DNA of 64,000 nt from contig CAWHBU010000003.1 in the NCBI GenBank assembly GCA_963827685.1, forward strand, positions 256,001-320,000, in the 5' to 3' direction. This stretch comes from an uncultured delta proteobacterium (GTDB taxonomy: Bacteria; Desulfobacterota; BSN033; UBA1163). The notes under the pieces are model-generated. The model did no database searches and was not told the origin of the DNA. It was given only the letters and a program-made list of their open reading frames with translations. The translations under genes and the position numbers were made by a program. Of this stretch, positions 31,727 through 41,368 are shown in pieces; position 1 is the first letter of the stretch; the number at the start of each line of letters is the position of its first letter.

Positions 31727-31742
31727 AGCAAAAGGCATGCCA
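31727..31742 (-). promoter_or_regulatory. putative sigma-54 promoter
   Basis: TGGCAT-GCCTT-TTGCT, close to consensus TGGCAC-N5-TTGCW. Confidence 0.55.
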
Positions 31743-32276
31743 AATCTTAGGGAGGGGTTGGAAGATTAACCCTTAACCTTTGGAAGGACCGCCTCTCTTG
31801 CATGACGGACCACCCTTTCCTTCTCCACTCTGTTCTCCTTGCTCTGGCTATGCAGAGGAGGGTTTAGACGCCCCCTTCACTCTATTTTCGCGGCTTAAAA
31901 GTCTGATGATTCCAATCACAGGATCGTTAATATAGCAGATTCCAGAAGCCCATAAGCTTAGATGAGTTCATAGGTCAATTTGAGTCGGATACCCCGAATG
32001 GGAAGAACGGATTCGTAATCATAATCGAAATAAGTACCTGTACAAATGAAACCGCTCTTCATAAGAACGAATTAACCTCACTCCACTAAATGTTTAATCC
32101 GAACTCAACCAAAATGGCCACTCAACTTTACCTTGATATCAAATATTTTTCAAGGCAAATATAAAAACCCGGTCGTCTAAGATTCGAGGGTGCAACTTTT
32201 TTTACGGACTTAAAGTTGAAGTAGGCACCGGCGGTAATTCTTAGTATTCAAGGACACTCTCTTTCTGCCACCATTC

Positions 32277-32312
32277 AATTGTTAACCACACATGCGATAG
32301 TGGTTGACAATT
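32277..32312. promoter_or_regulatory. BirA operator overlapping a sigma-70 promoter
   Basis: AATTGTTAACC-N14-GGTTGACAATT upstream of bioF; TTGACA (32304) - 17 nt - TATTCT. Confidence 0.85.
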
Positions 32313-32416
32313 AATCGAATCTATAATATTCTTTTCAAAATTTTTCATACAACGCTGAAAAGGAAAGCTGAGTGAGACGTCACCATGATCCACGATGTCA
32401 GTTTGAGAGTCAAGCA

Positions 32417-33611
32417 ATGAAGAATGCCCTTTTTAGAGATGAGATCAAGGACCTCAAAAAAAGAGGGCTTTACAGGGAACTAAGAACCATCGAGGGGGAA
32501 CAGGACAGTTCCGTAGTCATGGATGGTAAAAGGGTTTTGATGTTCTCTTCAAACAACTACCTTGGTCTTGCTAACCATCCGGGGCTCAAAAAAGCATCCG
32601 TCGATGCCGCATTGCGTTACGGTACGGGGAGCGGTGCATCCAGACTCATTTCAGGAAACATGGGAATCCATCGAACCTTAGAGAAGGAATTAGCCCTGTT
32701 TAAAGGAACGGATAGGGTTCTCCTTTTTCAGCTCGGGTTATCATGCCAACGTAGGAACCATTTCCGCCCTTACAGGGGAGGGGGATTTGATCTTGAGCGA
32801 CGAGCTCAACCATGCAAGTATCGTCGATGGATGTAGGCTCAGTAGGGCAGAGATTAGGGTCTATCAACACGCCAACATGAACTCTCTCAAAGAGATTCTT
32901 CAGAGATCTTCAAGGTTCAAAAGAAGGTTAATCATTACGGACTCTGTCTTCAGCATGGATGGGGACATTGCGCCCCTTCCCGATATCGTTGATCTTGGCG
33001 AGAAGTACTCAGCCCTGGTGATGGTGGATGACGCGCATGGCACAGGCGTCTTGGGCGAAAAAGGAAGGGGGATCATTGAACACTTTGGCCTCGGGGGAAG
33101 GGTTGAGATACAGATGGGGACCTTGGGAAAGGCCCTTGGTTCTTTCGGCGCCTATGTTGCTGGGACTGAAGACCTGATCCAATATCTCACCAATAGAGCG
33201 AGGAGTCTTCTTTATACAACGGCGCTTCCCCCATCGGTATGCGGTGCTGCCTTAGCGGCCCTTAAGATCCTTGGAGAAAGGCCTGAATTGGTAAGTCAGC
33301 TAAGGAATAACGCCACGTATTTTAGAGAAGGAATGAGAGATTTGGGTTACCTGATTCCAGAAGGTGAGACGCCGATTGTTCCTCTGGTTCTCGGAGACCC
33401 CTTCCTGACTATGGAAATGGCTCGAAGCCTGTTTGATGAAGGAATATATGTTCAGGGAATCCGGCCTCCCACTGTTCCTGAGGGAACATCAAGGCTTCGA
33501 ATCACACTGATGGCCAGCCACACCAAAGAGCAACTGGACTTCAGCTTAAGGGCCTTTGAGAAGATAGGGAAAAAATGGATCACACAAAGAAAAAAGAGCT
33601 TGAGGATTTAG
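32417..33611 (+). CDS. bioF: 8-amino-7-oxononanoate synthase, apparent +1 frameshift in the T5 run near 32724-32728
   Basis: SNNYLGL and GASRL in ORF1; NHASIVDG, FSMDGD, DDAH, GTLGKA in ORF2. Removing one T gives LLFSSGYHAN. Confidence 0.93.
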
Positions 33612-34972
33612 ACCGTCATTTGATCTGGCACCCTTTCACTCAGATGAAAGACTATATGGAAGAAGTTCCTCTCATCGTCGAAAGAGGTGAAGGATCTTAC
33701 CTCGTTGATATCTACGGGAAAAAATACCTTGACGGGGTCTCTTCGCTATGGGTTAGCCTCCACGGACATAGAAAGAAAGAGATTGATGATGCCATCAGAA
33801 ATCAGCTCGATCAGGTGGCTCACTCAACACTTCTTGGAATCTCAAACGTTCCGGCCATTCACCTGGCCAAGGAACTCGTCGAAATTGCACCAAGCGGGTT
33901 AAGAAAGATTTTTTATTCGGACAACGGCTCGACCGCCGTTGAGATTGGACTCAAGATTGCTTTCCAATTCTGGAAGCAAAAGGGAGATGGGAAAAACAAA
34001 CATACCTTTCTATCCTTTACCAATGCCTATCACGGCGATACCATTGGCTCTGTCAGTCTGGGCGGGATCGATCTTTTCCATGAGACGTACGGCTCCCTGC
34101 TCTTTCCGGTCCATAGAGCCCCTTATCCTTACTGCTATCGGTGTCCTCTGAAGAGGTCCACTCCTTCCTGTGGGATGGAGTGTTTGAACAGGGTTGAAAA
34201 TATTTTGTCAACCCATCACGAGGAGATCGCCGCACTGGTCATTGAACCGATGATCCAAGGCGCAGCGGGAATGATCACTTCTCCAAAGAACTATCTGAAA
34301 GCGATAAGGGAGTTGACGAAAAAGTACGGTGTGCTCCTGATCGCTGATGAGGTAGCAACTGGTTTTGGAAGGACAGGAAGGATGTTCGCCTGTGAGCATG
34401 AGGCGATCTCCCCGGATATCCTCTGTCTCGCAAAGGGGATCACAGGAGGATATCTCCCTCTGGCAGCGACTTTAACAACAGAGGAGATTTTCAATGCCTT
34501 CCTTGGAGAATATGAAGAAAAGAAAACCTTCTTTCACGGTCACTCGTATACCGGAAATCCCCTGGCCTGCGCAGCCGCCGTGGCCAATTTAAGAGTGATG
34601 AAGGAAGAAAGGATCCTTGAAAAACTGCAAGGTAAGATTCAATTTCTATCGGAGGCTTTAAAGGAATATAGGAGACTCGAACACGTCGGGGACATTCGAC
34701 AACTTGGGATGATGGTTGGGATAGAACTCGTCGTGGATAAGGCCACTAAAGAAGAATACCCTTATGGGGATAAGATCGGGATCAGAGTGATTCAAGAGGC
34801 GAGGAGAAGGGGGCTCATCATGAGACCTCTTGGCAATGTCATCGTGCTCATGCCGCCATTGAGCATATCCCAGGACGAACTAAGCGAGATCCTTTCGATT
34901 ACCTATCATTCAATAAAAGCGGTCACCAGCCAGCCCTCCCCTCCCCCCTCTGAGAAACTGTGTAATAATTAA
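33575..34972 (+). CDS. bioA: adenosylmethionine-8-amino-7-oxononanoate aminotransferase
   Basis: IWHPFTQM, YHGDT, ADEVATGFGRTG, AKGITGG, FFHGHSYTGN. Confidence 0.96.
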   Translation: MDHTKKKELEDLDRHLIWHPFTQMKDYMEEVPLIVERGEGSYLVDIYGKKYLDGVSSLWVSLHGHRKKEIDDAIRNQLDQVAHSTLLGISNVPAIHLAKELVEIAPSGLRKIFYSDNGSTAVEIGLKIAFQFWKQKGDGKNKHTFLSFTNAYHGDTIGSVSLGGIDLFHETYGSLLFPVHRAPYPYCYRCPLKRSTPSCGMECLNRVENILSTHHEEIAALVIEPMIQGAAGMITSPKNYLKAIRELTKKYGVLLIADEVATGFGRTGRMFACEHEAISPDILCLAKGITGGYLPLAATLTTEEIFNAFLGEYEEKKTFFHGHSYTGNPLACAAAVANLRVMKEERILEKLQGKIQFLSEALKEYRRLEHVGDIRQLGMMVGIELVVDKATKEEYPYGDKIGIRVIQEARRRGLIMRPLGNVIVLMPPLSISQDELSEILSITYHSIKAVTSQPSPPPSEKLCNN

Positions 34973-35228
34973 CGAGGGACGACTTCCGTTACAAGACGGA
35001 ATAGGCGGTCAGGTGACGAAGCTTTAGACCTGCCTGCGCGAAGCCGCTTCGGCGAAGGCAGGGCGGAAACCTCTTATCGGTCAGCTACTGGGCCACAAAC
35101 CCATGAAAAGAAAACATTTGCAAGAAGGTCAATGACCTATAACTTCAAATAACCGCATTCTAAAGCTGAGGGGCCTGACCGCCTGTTTCGCCCGTATCTA
35201 CTCTCCATCATGTTTACGACACAGTCTC
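34954..35228 (+). mobile_element. MITE-like element with structured core, copy B, carrying a nested 34-bp palindrome (35029-35062)
   Basis: TIR GAAACTGTGTAATAA / TTACGACACAGTCTC, TGA at 34951-34953 and 35229-35231; homologous to 520-771. Confidence 0.75.
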
Positions 35229-35275
35229 TGAGGGGGATGGGGAGGGTGAGGGCCGGGGGATGATGGGTTACACAG

Positions 35276-36010
35276 ATGGGGAAAGGGGTTTTTGTCACAG
35301 GCACAGATACAGGCGTTGGGAAGACTGTCGTCACAGCGGGCCTTGTGAGTCTTTTGATCAAGGAGGGACTCGATGTCGGTGTGATGAAACCGATCGAAAC
35401 AGGGTGTCCTAAGAGAAATGGTAGACTCGTTCCAAGGGACGCCACCTTTCTCAAAGCGGTATCACGTTCCAAAGATGATCTATCCCTCATTAACCCTTAT
35501 AGGTTCTCTAAACCCTTGGCTCCCCTGATCGCCGCAGAGATCGATCACAAAGAGATTAAGATAGGAAAAATCTCCTCAGCTTATAAAAAGCTCAGAGAAA
35601 AGCACGATATCATTTTCGTTGAAGGGGCCGGCGGCCTCCTGGTCCCTCTTACAGGAAAATTAACGAATCTTGAGCTGATATTGGAACTGAACCTCCCGAT
35701 CATTGTGGTAGTCGGTTCAAAACTTGGGGCTATTAACCATACGCTCCTTACTCTCAACTGGGCAAGAAAAAAAGGGGTAAAGATCCTCGGCCTTTTAATC
35801 AATCAACCAAATTCCAAACCGGGTTTTAGAAAGAGTCTGGCCGAGAAGACAAACCCTAAGGTGATCCGGTCTTTTACGGAAGTGCCGATCCTTGGGGAGG
35901 TTCCCCATATTCCCTTAATTCTTAGACCTCCTATCTTCTCAAAGTCACGCTTGATGAATATTTTAGAAAGGGCCTTTGATCTTGAAAAGATTAGAGCCCA
36001 AATACTTTGA
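35276..36010 (+). CDS. bioD: dethiobiotin synthase
   Basis: TGTDTGVGKT, MKPIETG, VEGAGG, LGAINH. Confidence 0.96.
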   Translation: MGKGVFVTGTDTGVGKTVVTAGLVSLLIKEGLDVGVMKPIETGCPKRNGRLVPRDATFLKAVSRSKDDLSLINPYRFSKPLAPLIAAEIDHKEIKIGKISSAYKKLREKHDIIFVEGAGGLLVPLTGKLTNLELILELNLPIIVVVGSKLGAINHTLLTLNWARKKGVKILGLLINQPNSKPGFRKSLAEKTNPKVIRSFTEVPILGEVPHIPLILRPPIFSKSRLMNILERAFDLEKIRAQIL

Positions 36011-36107
36011 CATGGGTCGGGCGTTCCTTCCTAAGAATTGGGTGAAGCTCTAAGGAGGTGTAGCCGTTCATCCTGAAAAGCCTGCCGTACAGTACATCCC
36101 GCCAGTA

Positions 36108-36157
36108 TTCCTTCGACTATGCTCAGGACAAGTTCACCCCTGTTGCCGACGTGAAAG
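36108..36157 (-). repeat. att-like tRNA-Glu remnant (50-bp copy)
   Basis: Identical to 36987-37036; includes ACCCCTGTTGCCGACGTGAAAG of tRNA-Glu. Confidence 0.85.
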
Positions 36158-36185
36158 TTAGTGAAAATGCCTTGTCCCACCATTT

Positions 36186-36845
36186 TTGAGCTTGCTTAAA
36201 CAGGTTCACCAAGGGCGTTTTTCCGAAGCAGAATCGTATGCGCGGGCGGCATTGAAAACTGCACCAACGAATCCATTTATCATCGATTGTCTCTGTGAAA
36301 TTATCATTGGTAAAGTTTCTAAATCAAGTGAACTAGAGGGCGACACCGAGTTCCATAAGCTGATGGAAGACCTTAAGTGGTATGGAGAGCTTGAAGGTCT
36401 TACATTATATGAAAACCGTAAGGCGATGTATTTGTTTAGAATTGGCAGATATGAGGAAGCGCTTAAGTATGCGCATGCTGCCGTCGAGAGGACCTCATGG
36501 AGGTTCAGTGCTTTCGTAACGAGGGCAAAAATCCGTTTAGGTTGCGGAAAAGAGATCGACCAGATTGCAGATGATATAAAGCAGTTGAGACGGCTTGAGT
36601 CTGATATGCGGACAGGGGAGGGAAAAGCTGGACGATTCCGAATAGACGAGATCGAAATACGGTACAAAGCCAGCATCGGTGATTATAGAGGGGCGTGGGA
36701 GCTACTGCAAAGATATAGAGAGATGCCTATATATGTAAGAGAAAGGTTAAGTATTGAGCTAGCAGCGATGGTCCGAAGTGCCAAGGTTGATGATCCCGAG
36801 CTAATGGCCTGGGCCGCAAGCGATGGGGGTTTGAAACCTAATTGA
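36186..36845 (+). pseudogene. TPR-repeat protein, probably a 5'-truncated C-terminal fragment
   Basis: TPR-like helices (GRFSEAESYARAAL, GRYEEALKYAHAA); TTG start without RBS just after the att remnant. Confidence 0.6.
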
Positions 36846-36925
36846 AATTAAGCCTTGATTTTAAGTTTTGGAGGATTTGAGGAAGACTCCCCATATTTTT
36901 CCCTAAAATGGTTCATGTTGTCTGT

Positions 36926-36966
36926 GAAAAAAAAGGGGGAGCGATTTCTGCTACTCCCTTTTTTTC
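36926..36966. terminator. bidirectional terminator adjacent to the tRNA-Glu remnant
   Basis: A8-GGGGGAG...CTCCC-T7. Confidence 0.7.
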
Positions 36967-36968
36967 TA

Positions 36969-37037
36969 TGGCGCCCCCAAGGGGATTTCCTTCGACTATG
37001 CTCAGGACAAGTTCACCCCTGTTGCCGACGTGAAAGG
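36969..37037 (-). repeat. att-like 3' half of tRNA-Glu interrupted in the T-loop by a small palindromic insert
   Basis: TGGCGCCCCCAAGGGGATT [..CCTTCGACTATGCTCAGGACAAG..] ACCCCTGTTGCCGACGTGAAAGG versus 56555-56599. Confidence 0.85.
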
Positions 37038-37485
37038 GGTTTGGTCGGACCCCCAAATTTACCGTCGTCATGGACGGACAAGGGGGCAGAAAGGAGGGAT
37101 TCATCAAGAAGTTTGATTACCGAAAAACTTGGGTCTGAGACCTTTCTTGCTCTTTGACAATCGGATAGCGATCTATTTTTTGCTGGTTACACCTACTGTT
37201 CAGTGAGGGTAGTTGCCGATAGTTGAAGATTACTGAAAGAAGTCATGCATCCCTACTCAATAGCAGGAAATAGGTACGTGCTTGAGAAAATAGATTACCA
37301 TCGGAGGTCGTTTCGCATTCTGCTTTTTTGAAAGCGTCTGTTTCCCTCGCGGGAATCTTCTGAGGGTGGGAATCGCATACTTGAGCAGGTCACAGGTGAG
37401 GGTTATGGAATCGGGTGCGCTTTTTTCGGTCCCATTACCGTTTTGTCGCGCGTAAGGTGTTAAGGCATAAAGCTGCAAGGAGTAA

Positions 37486-38538
37486 CTAAAGATCCTTGGC
37501 AACCCGAAAGCCGACGGTGGAGCCGCGGTGGTCTGGCCGCTCCCTACCGCGATTCGCTGAACGTAAGCGCCTGGAATCGCCGCTATACGAACCGCCACGT
37601 GACACACGCTCCTTTCCGGCTTTGGGCCCAGTCGGGTCCGTCACCTGACTGGATGGATAATCTCCATGCCAGTCCTGGCACCACTCCTTAACGTTACCGT
37701 GCATGTCATAAAGGCCCCAGGCGTTGGGCTCCCTTTTGCTCACGGGATGAGTCTTGAGGCTGAAAGGATTGGTCGCGTACCAGGCGTACTTTTCAAGCTC
37801 TGCTTTCTGATTGCCGAAGCAAAACCTGCCTTCGCTCTTCGCTCGGCATGCATACTCCCATTCCGCTTCCGTGGGAAGTCGATACTTCTTTCCGCCCTCC
37901 CTCTGGTTGAGATTTCGGATGAACTCCTGGGCATCTTCCCAACTGACCGTCTCGACTGGGCAATCATTGCCACATTCTTTGAAGAATGACGGGTTACTCC
38001 CCATCACCTGTGTCCACTGCTTCTGAGTCACCTCGGTAGTTTGCAGGTAGAAAGGTTTGCTGATCGTAACTAAGTGCTGCCTTTCGTCTTTAAACCGTCC
38101 GTCTTCGCCATCGGGGCTACCCATCTTAAAACTCCCTGCGGGAATCAGCCTGAAGCTCATGTCAATACTGTTTGTAAAGGTCTCTGGAGGCTTAGCCGTC
38201 AAGTCTATGTCTCCTATCCTTCTCTGCAGATAGATCACTAGCTCCATGTCCCTGTCCAGAGTCATCTCCCTTCGGTAAAGCAGCGTGACCCCCTGATAGA
38301 CTTCTAAGAGATATGTTCCGGGGCCCAGCGCGGAGAATTGAAATTGGCCATTTTGGCTTGTGAACGTGGTAAAGTGCGAAATCCCTTTTGCTGTTGGGGC
38401 CATGAACTTCACTGTCAGTCCTGGAATACCTTTCCGGCTCATGTCGTCCAGAACCGAGCCCCTGAGCTTTAATTCATTTCCATAGGCGGGGGGCAGTGCC
38501 ATGAGAAGGAGAACAAATACGAAAAGAAGCTTTTTCAT
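37486..38538 (-). CDS. exported FGE-sulfatase (SUMF1) domain protein with an N-terminal carboxypeptidase-regulatory-like domain
   Basis: Signal peptide; TEVTQ, RLPTEAEWEYA, NAWGLYDMHGNV, GFRV. Confidence 0.88.
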   Translation of the reverse strand: MKKLLFVFVLLLMALPPAYGNELKLRGSVLDDMSRKGIPGLTVKFMAPTAKGISHFTTFTSQNGQFQFSALGPGTYLLEVYQGVTLLYRREMTLDRDMELVIYLQRRIGDIDLTAKPPETFTNSIDMSFRLIPAGSFKMGSPDGEDGRFKDERQHLVTISKPFYLQTTEVTQKQWTQVMGSNPSFFKECGNDCPVETVSWEDAQEFIRNLNQREGGKKYRLPTEAEWEYACRAKSEGRFCFGNQKAELEKYAWYATNPFSLKTHPVSKREPNAWGLYDMHGNVKEWCQDWHGDYPSSQVTDPTGPKAGKERVSRGGSYSGDSRRLRSANRGRERPDHRGSTVGFRVAKDL

Positions 38539-38551
38539 CTCTTCGGCCCTC

Positions 38552-39091
38552 CTATTTGAATTCAGAAGGAACGGGAGGCAGGGCCTTCTGTTTGTAAATT
38601 GGTACAACGTCGGCAAAGATCTTTTGTTTCGGCAGAACGACCTCCCCATGCTCCATCTTCTTGAGATTGGCTCTGGTTTCTATGACGTTGTTACCCACAA
38701 TGTAGAGAATTTTATATTCTTCGCCTGTACCTCTTGGAAGCGGCACCCGGAGAGAATAATCTCCTGACTGCAGGAGGGTATCCGATCCGGTGACCGCATA
38801 GATCATGACTGGAAATAAATCCGCCGTCAAACTTCCCTTGATGGGAATCTCTTCGCGGAACCTCTCTATTCTGACGATGGGATAGATCAAGGGGAAGAAC
38901 CCCAGAACGAAAAGGACAAGGGCGGGAATGTTAGTCTTGAACTTTCCCACAGGTGTTTCAATCTCTGTGACTTGCTTTGATTCCCGGTCGATATAGATTT
39001 TCTGTTTATAAATGAGCCATATGCCCCCGGCGACCATGATGAACCCTGCGATAGAACTCAAATAATAGAGAACCAAGACTCTAAATTCCAT
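38552..39091 (-). CDS. hypothetical membrane protein (2 TM)
   Basis: Two hydrophobic segments, GAGG RBS, co-oriented with the FGE gene. Confidence 0.65.
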   Translation of the reverse strand: MEFRVLVLYYLSSIAGFIMVAGGIWLIYKQKIYIDRESKQVTEIETPVGKFKTNIPALVLFVLGFFPLIYPIVRIERFREEIPIKGSLTADLFPVMIYAVTGSDTLLQSGDYSLRVPLPRGTGEEYKILYIVGNNVIETRANLKKMEHGEVVLPKQKIFADVVPIYKQKALPPVPSEFK

Positions 39092-39469
39092 GACGCCCTC
39101 CTCGATTTTCCGCAATACTTCCTACCTTGGGGGCCGGTCATCCGCAAGGCCGATTTTCACGCCTGAGCAAGATCTATGACTTTCGGTCCAGCCAGATACC
39201 AAAGCCTTGCCTGACACCATCCGTTTCTACCTCAACGACTGCCCAGATATAGACCGCATTACCTGACCCAAGTCCCAGCTGATCGAGTCCCCCATTAAGG
39301 CTGTTTTGAGTGTGTCTTGCCTACAAAGTTCATTCTTCTCCCCCCTAATTGATCCCTTTCAAAGTGCAAAAACCCTAAAGGTAAAAAACATCCGGCCCAT
39401 TAAACATGCAACCATAAATACTATTTTTTGTCAATTGGGAAAATTGGATTGTGAAAATTATCTTTTGAG

Positions 39470-39530
39470 GATTACCATTTGAAACCTTGTATAGATACGC
39501 AAATTTAAGGAATCACGACTTCAGGAAGAA
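39470..39530 (+). repeat. 61-bp bipartite motif, copy 1
   Basis: GATTAC-CATT-TGAAA-N32-GACTTCAGGAAGAA. Confidence 0.7.
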
Positions 39531-39617
39531 AGTTTTGAGACGAGACCAAAGAAAAAGCTTGACAAAAGATATAGAAGGTGGATCATGGTGTATATCAATA
39601 AAAAGGAGGGGGAGGCC

Positions 39618-39773
39618 GTGATAACCAAGATCAGAACAAATATCTTTCTTACCAAAACTGAGCTAAAGAAACTTAGGGCATTATCAAAGAAGACTGAGGC
39701 GCCAGTCGCCGTGCTTGTGAGAAGGGCAGTTGATGAGTATTTGGAGAGGTTTGAAAAGAAGGAGAAGAAGTAA
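39618..39773 (+). CDS. ribbon-helix-helix (CopG-like) DNA-binding protein
   Basis: RTNIFLT...LRALSKKTEAPVAVLVRRAVDEYL; GGAGG RBS before GTG; TTGACA upstream. Confidence 0.8.
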   Translation: MITKIRTNIFLTKTELKKLRALSKKTEAPVAVLVRRAVDEYLERFEKKEKK

Positions 39774-39848
39774 AAAACCTCATTTCTCAAACCATCCTGT
39801 GGCTAGGAAGGTTTTCTAGTTTGAGATGAAAGGAGGTGAATTTAAAAT

Positions 39849-40283
39849 ATGAATTTCATATCTTATAGACTTGCCTTGTTCAAGCTGAATCGTAAGAGAG
39901 GCGAAGTAGTCAAAGCTATATCCAAGTTAGCTGAAGAGGCCCGGAAAACAGGCGGGGAAAGGAGGGCTCAAGAAATCTGGCAGACTGAAAGCTTCGATAT
40001 TGACATGGTTGATGATGAGATTCTCGGTTTGGTAACTCGGTATCTTGTCAACAAAGCAAACAAGAGATTTCTACCAGTTCCTTCCCTTTCAGAAGGAAGT
40101 GACATATGGGACAGAAGTAATTTCACTGGAAAATACCATCTAACTGACAAGGGGATTAGAGAGATACGTAAGATGGTAAGGCAAGACATGAAAGAAAATA
40201 TAGAAATTCTTTCACCTTATGTGACTATCTTGTTTGGATTGATCGGAGCAGCAACTGGTTTGATAGCAGTAATAAAACGATAA
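39849..40283 (+). CDS. hypothetical protein with a C-terminal TM helix
   Basis: AAGGAGGTGA RBS; LTDKG winged-helix-like end then a hydrophobic tail. Confidence 0.7.
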   Translation: MNFISYRLALFKLNRKRGEVVKAISKLAEEARKTGGERRAQEIWQTESFDIDMVDDEILGLVTRYLVNKANKRFLPVPSLSEGSDIWDRSNFTGKYHLTDKGIREIRKMVRQDMKENIEILSPYVTILFGLIGAATGLIAVIKR

Positions 40284-40347
40284 GATCAAGGTAGATCAAT
40301 CCCTTAATCCCTAACCGGCCAATGGCCAAAAGAAGGAGGTGAGTTGA

Positions 40348-41217
40348 GTGGCGGAGATATGTTTTGTGATAATGCCTTTTAGCAGAACTTCAGATGATCA
40401 CACCGAGGAATACTGGACAATACATTTCGAGACTTTCCTGAAGCCTCTTATCGAAGAGAATCCAGATCTTGAAGCCCGCCGTTCAGAAGCGTTGCGTGGA
40501 GATATTTTGAGACAAATCATTACAGACCTTGTTACTTCTCGTGTAGTAGTTGCTGACCTCACAGACCACAATCCTAACGTTTTTTGGGAGTTGGGGGTCC
40601 GACAGAGTTTCAAACATGGCACCGTTACAATCGCAGAAGAAAGTACCAAGCTTCCTTTCGATGTAGGGGTCAAAGGTACTCTATCCTATTATCCAAAGGA
40701 TTACATAAAAATGCAGGGATTTCGCAAAAAATTTAGTGAAGCTATCAAAGACTGTTTGGCGAATCCTAATAACCCCGATAGCCACGTATTGGAAACTCTT
40801 TCTGGTCGGGGGACTCTATTTGAGATTTTTCGTCGAGATGAGGCACTACGTCGGTTGGAAGCATTATTAGAAGAATGCCATTTCAATTTACTAGGTATAA
40901 AGAGTGTATTCAATTTTGCTCAAGAGAACCAGAAAAATCCCTCGGAACGACATTTCCCTACTGTTCGTTTTAGATCTTGTGCAGTCGAATTACTAATAAC
41001 AAATCAATACATCGATGAAGATAAATCATTTTTTAGAATAGCTGAACTTTATTTTATAGATACTATTATGTTTCACGAACAACTAAACCTTTGGCAACAT
41101 AATCCCGATGGAGTTGAAAAGTTTCTGTTAGAAAAGATAGAAATGTATAGGAGTAGCTGCGAGAAATTCAAAATGAAGGCAGAGGCTGCACGTGATAAGC
41201 TGAGTAAACGATTTTGA
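40348..41217 (+). CDS. nucleoside 2-deoxyribosyltransferase-like domain protein
   Basis: CFVIMPF, VVVADLTDHNPNVFWELGVR, LPFDV motifs; helical C-terminal half. Confidence 0.8.
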   Translation: MAEICFVIMPFSRTSDDHTEEYWTIHFETFLKPLIEENPDLEARRSEALRGDILRQIITDLVTSRVVVADLTDHNPNVFWELGVRQSFKHGTVTIAEESTKLPFDVGVKGTLSYYPKDYIKMQGFRKKFSEAIKDCLANPNNPDSHVLETLSGRGTLFEIFRRDEALRRLEALLEECHFNLLGIKSVFNFAQENQKNPSERHFPTVRFRSCAVELLITNQYIDEDKSFFRIAELYFIDTIMFHEQLNLWQHNPDGVEKFLLEKIEMYRSSCEKFKMKAEAARDKLSKRF

Positions 41218-41223
41218 TGTGAA

Positions 41224-41368
41224 GACAAGAACCTAGGGAGCAGGTCTCAACATATGACATGGAAACTTATGTTTGACATAGAAATTTGAGAGGTGTATTC
41301 TTTGAACCAGGAAGTGCCAGAGCACGGAGAGACACCGAAAAACATCGGATAAATTTATGACATCTGAA
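41224..41368. repeat. ~155-bp repeat R, copy 1, interrupted by IS1182 and resuming at about 42994-43013
   Basis: Near-identical to 47132-47287. Confidence 0.9.

Noticed and set aside
34990-35195. SAM-I or other riboswitch in the bio operon (CTCTTATC string), or a group I intron
   Set aside because: Lacks the SAM-I core and any P7 GACUA/UAGUC pairing. A homolog occurs in an unrelated context with TIRs and a target duplication.
36969-37037. Second functional or intron-containing tRNA-Glu
   Set aside because: Only the 3' half is present and the T-loop is disrupted.
37486-37700. Diversity-generating retroelement target (FGE/CLec-type C-terminus)
   Set aside because: No reverse transcriptase and no template-repeat copy of the 3' region found in the window.
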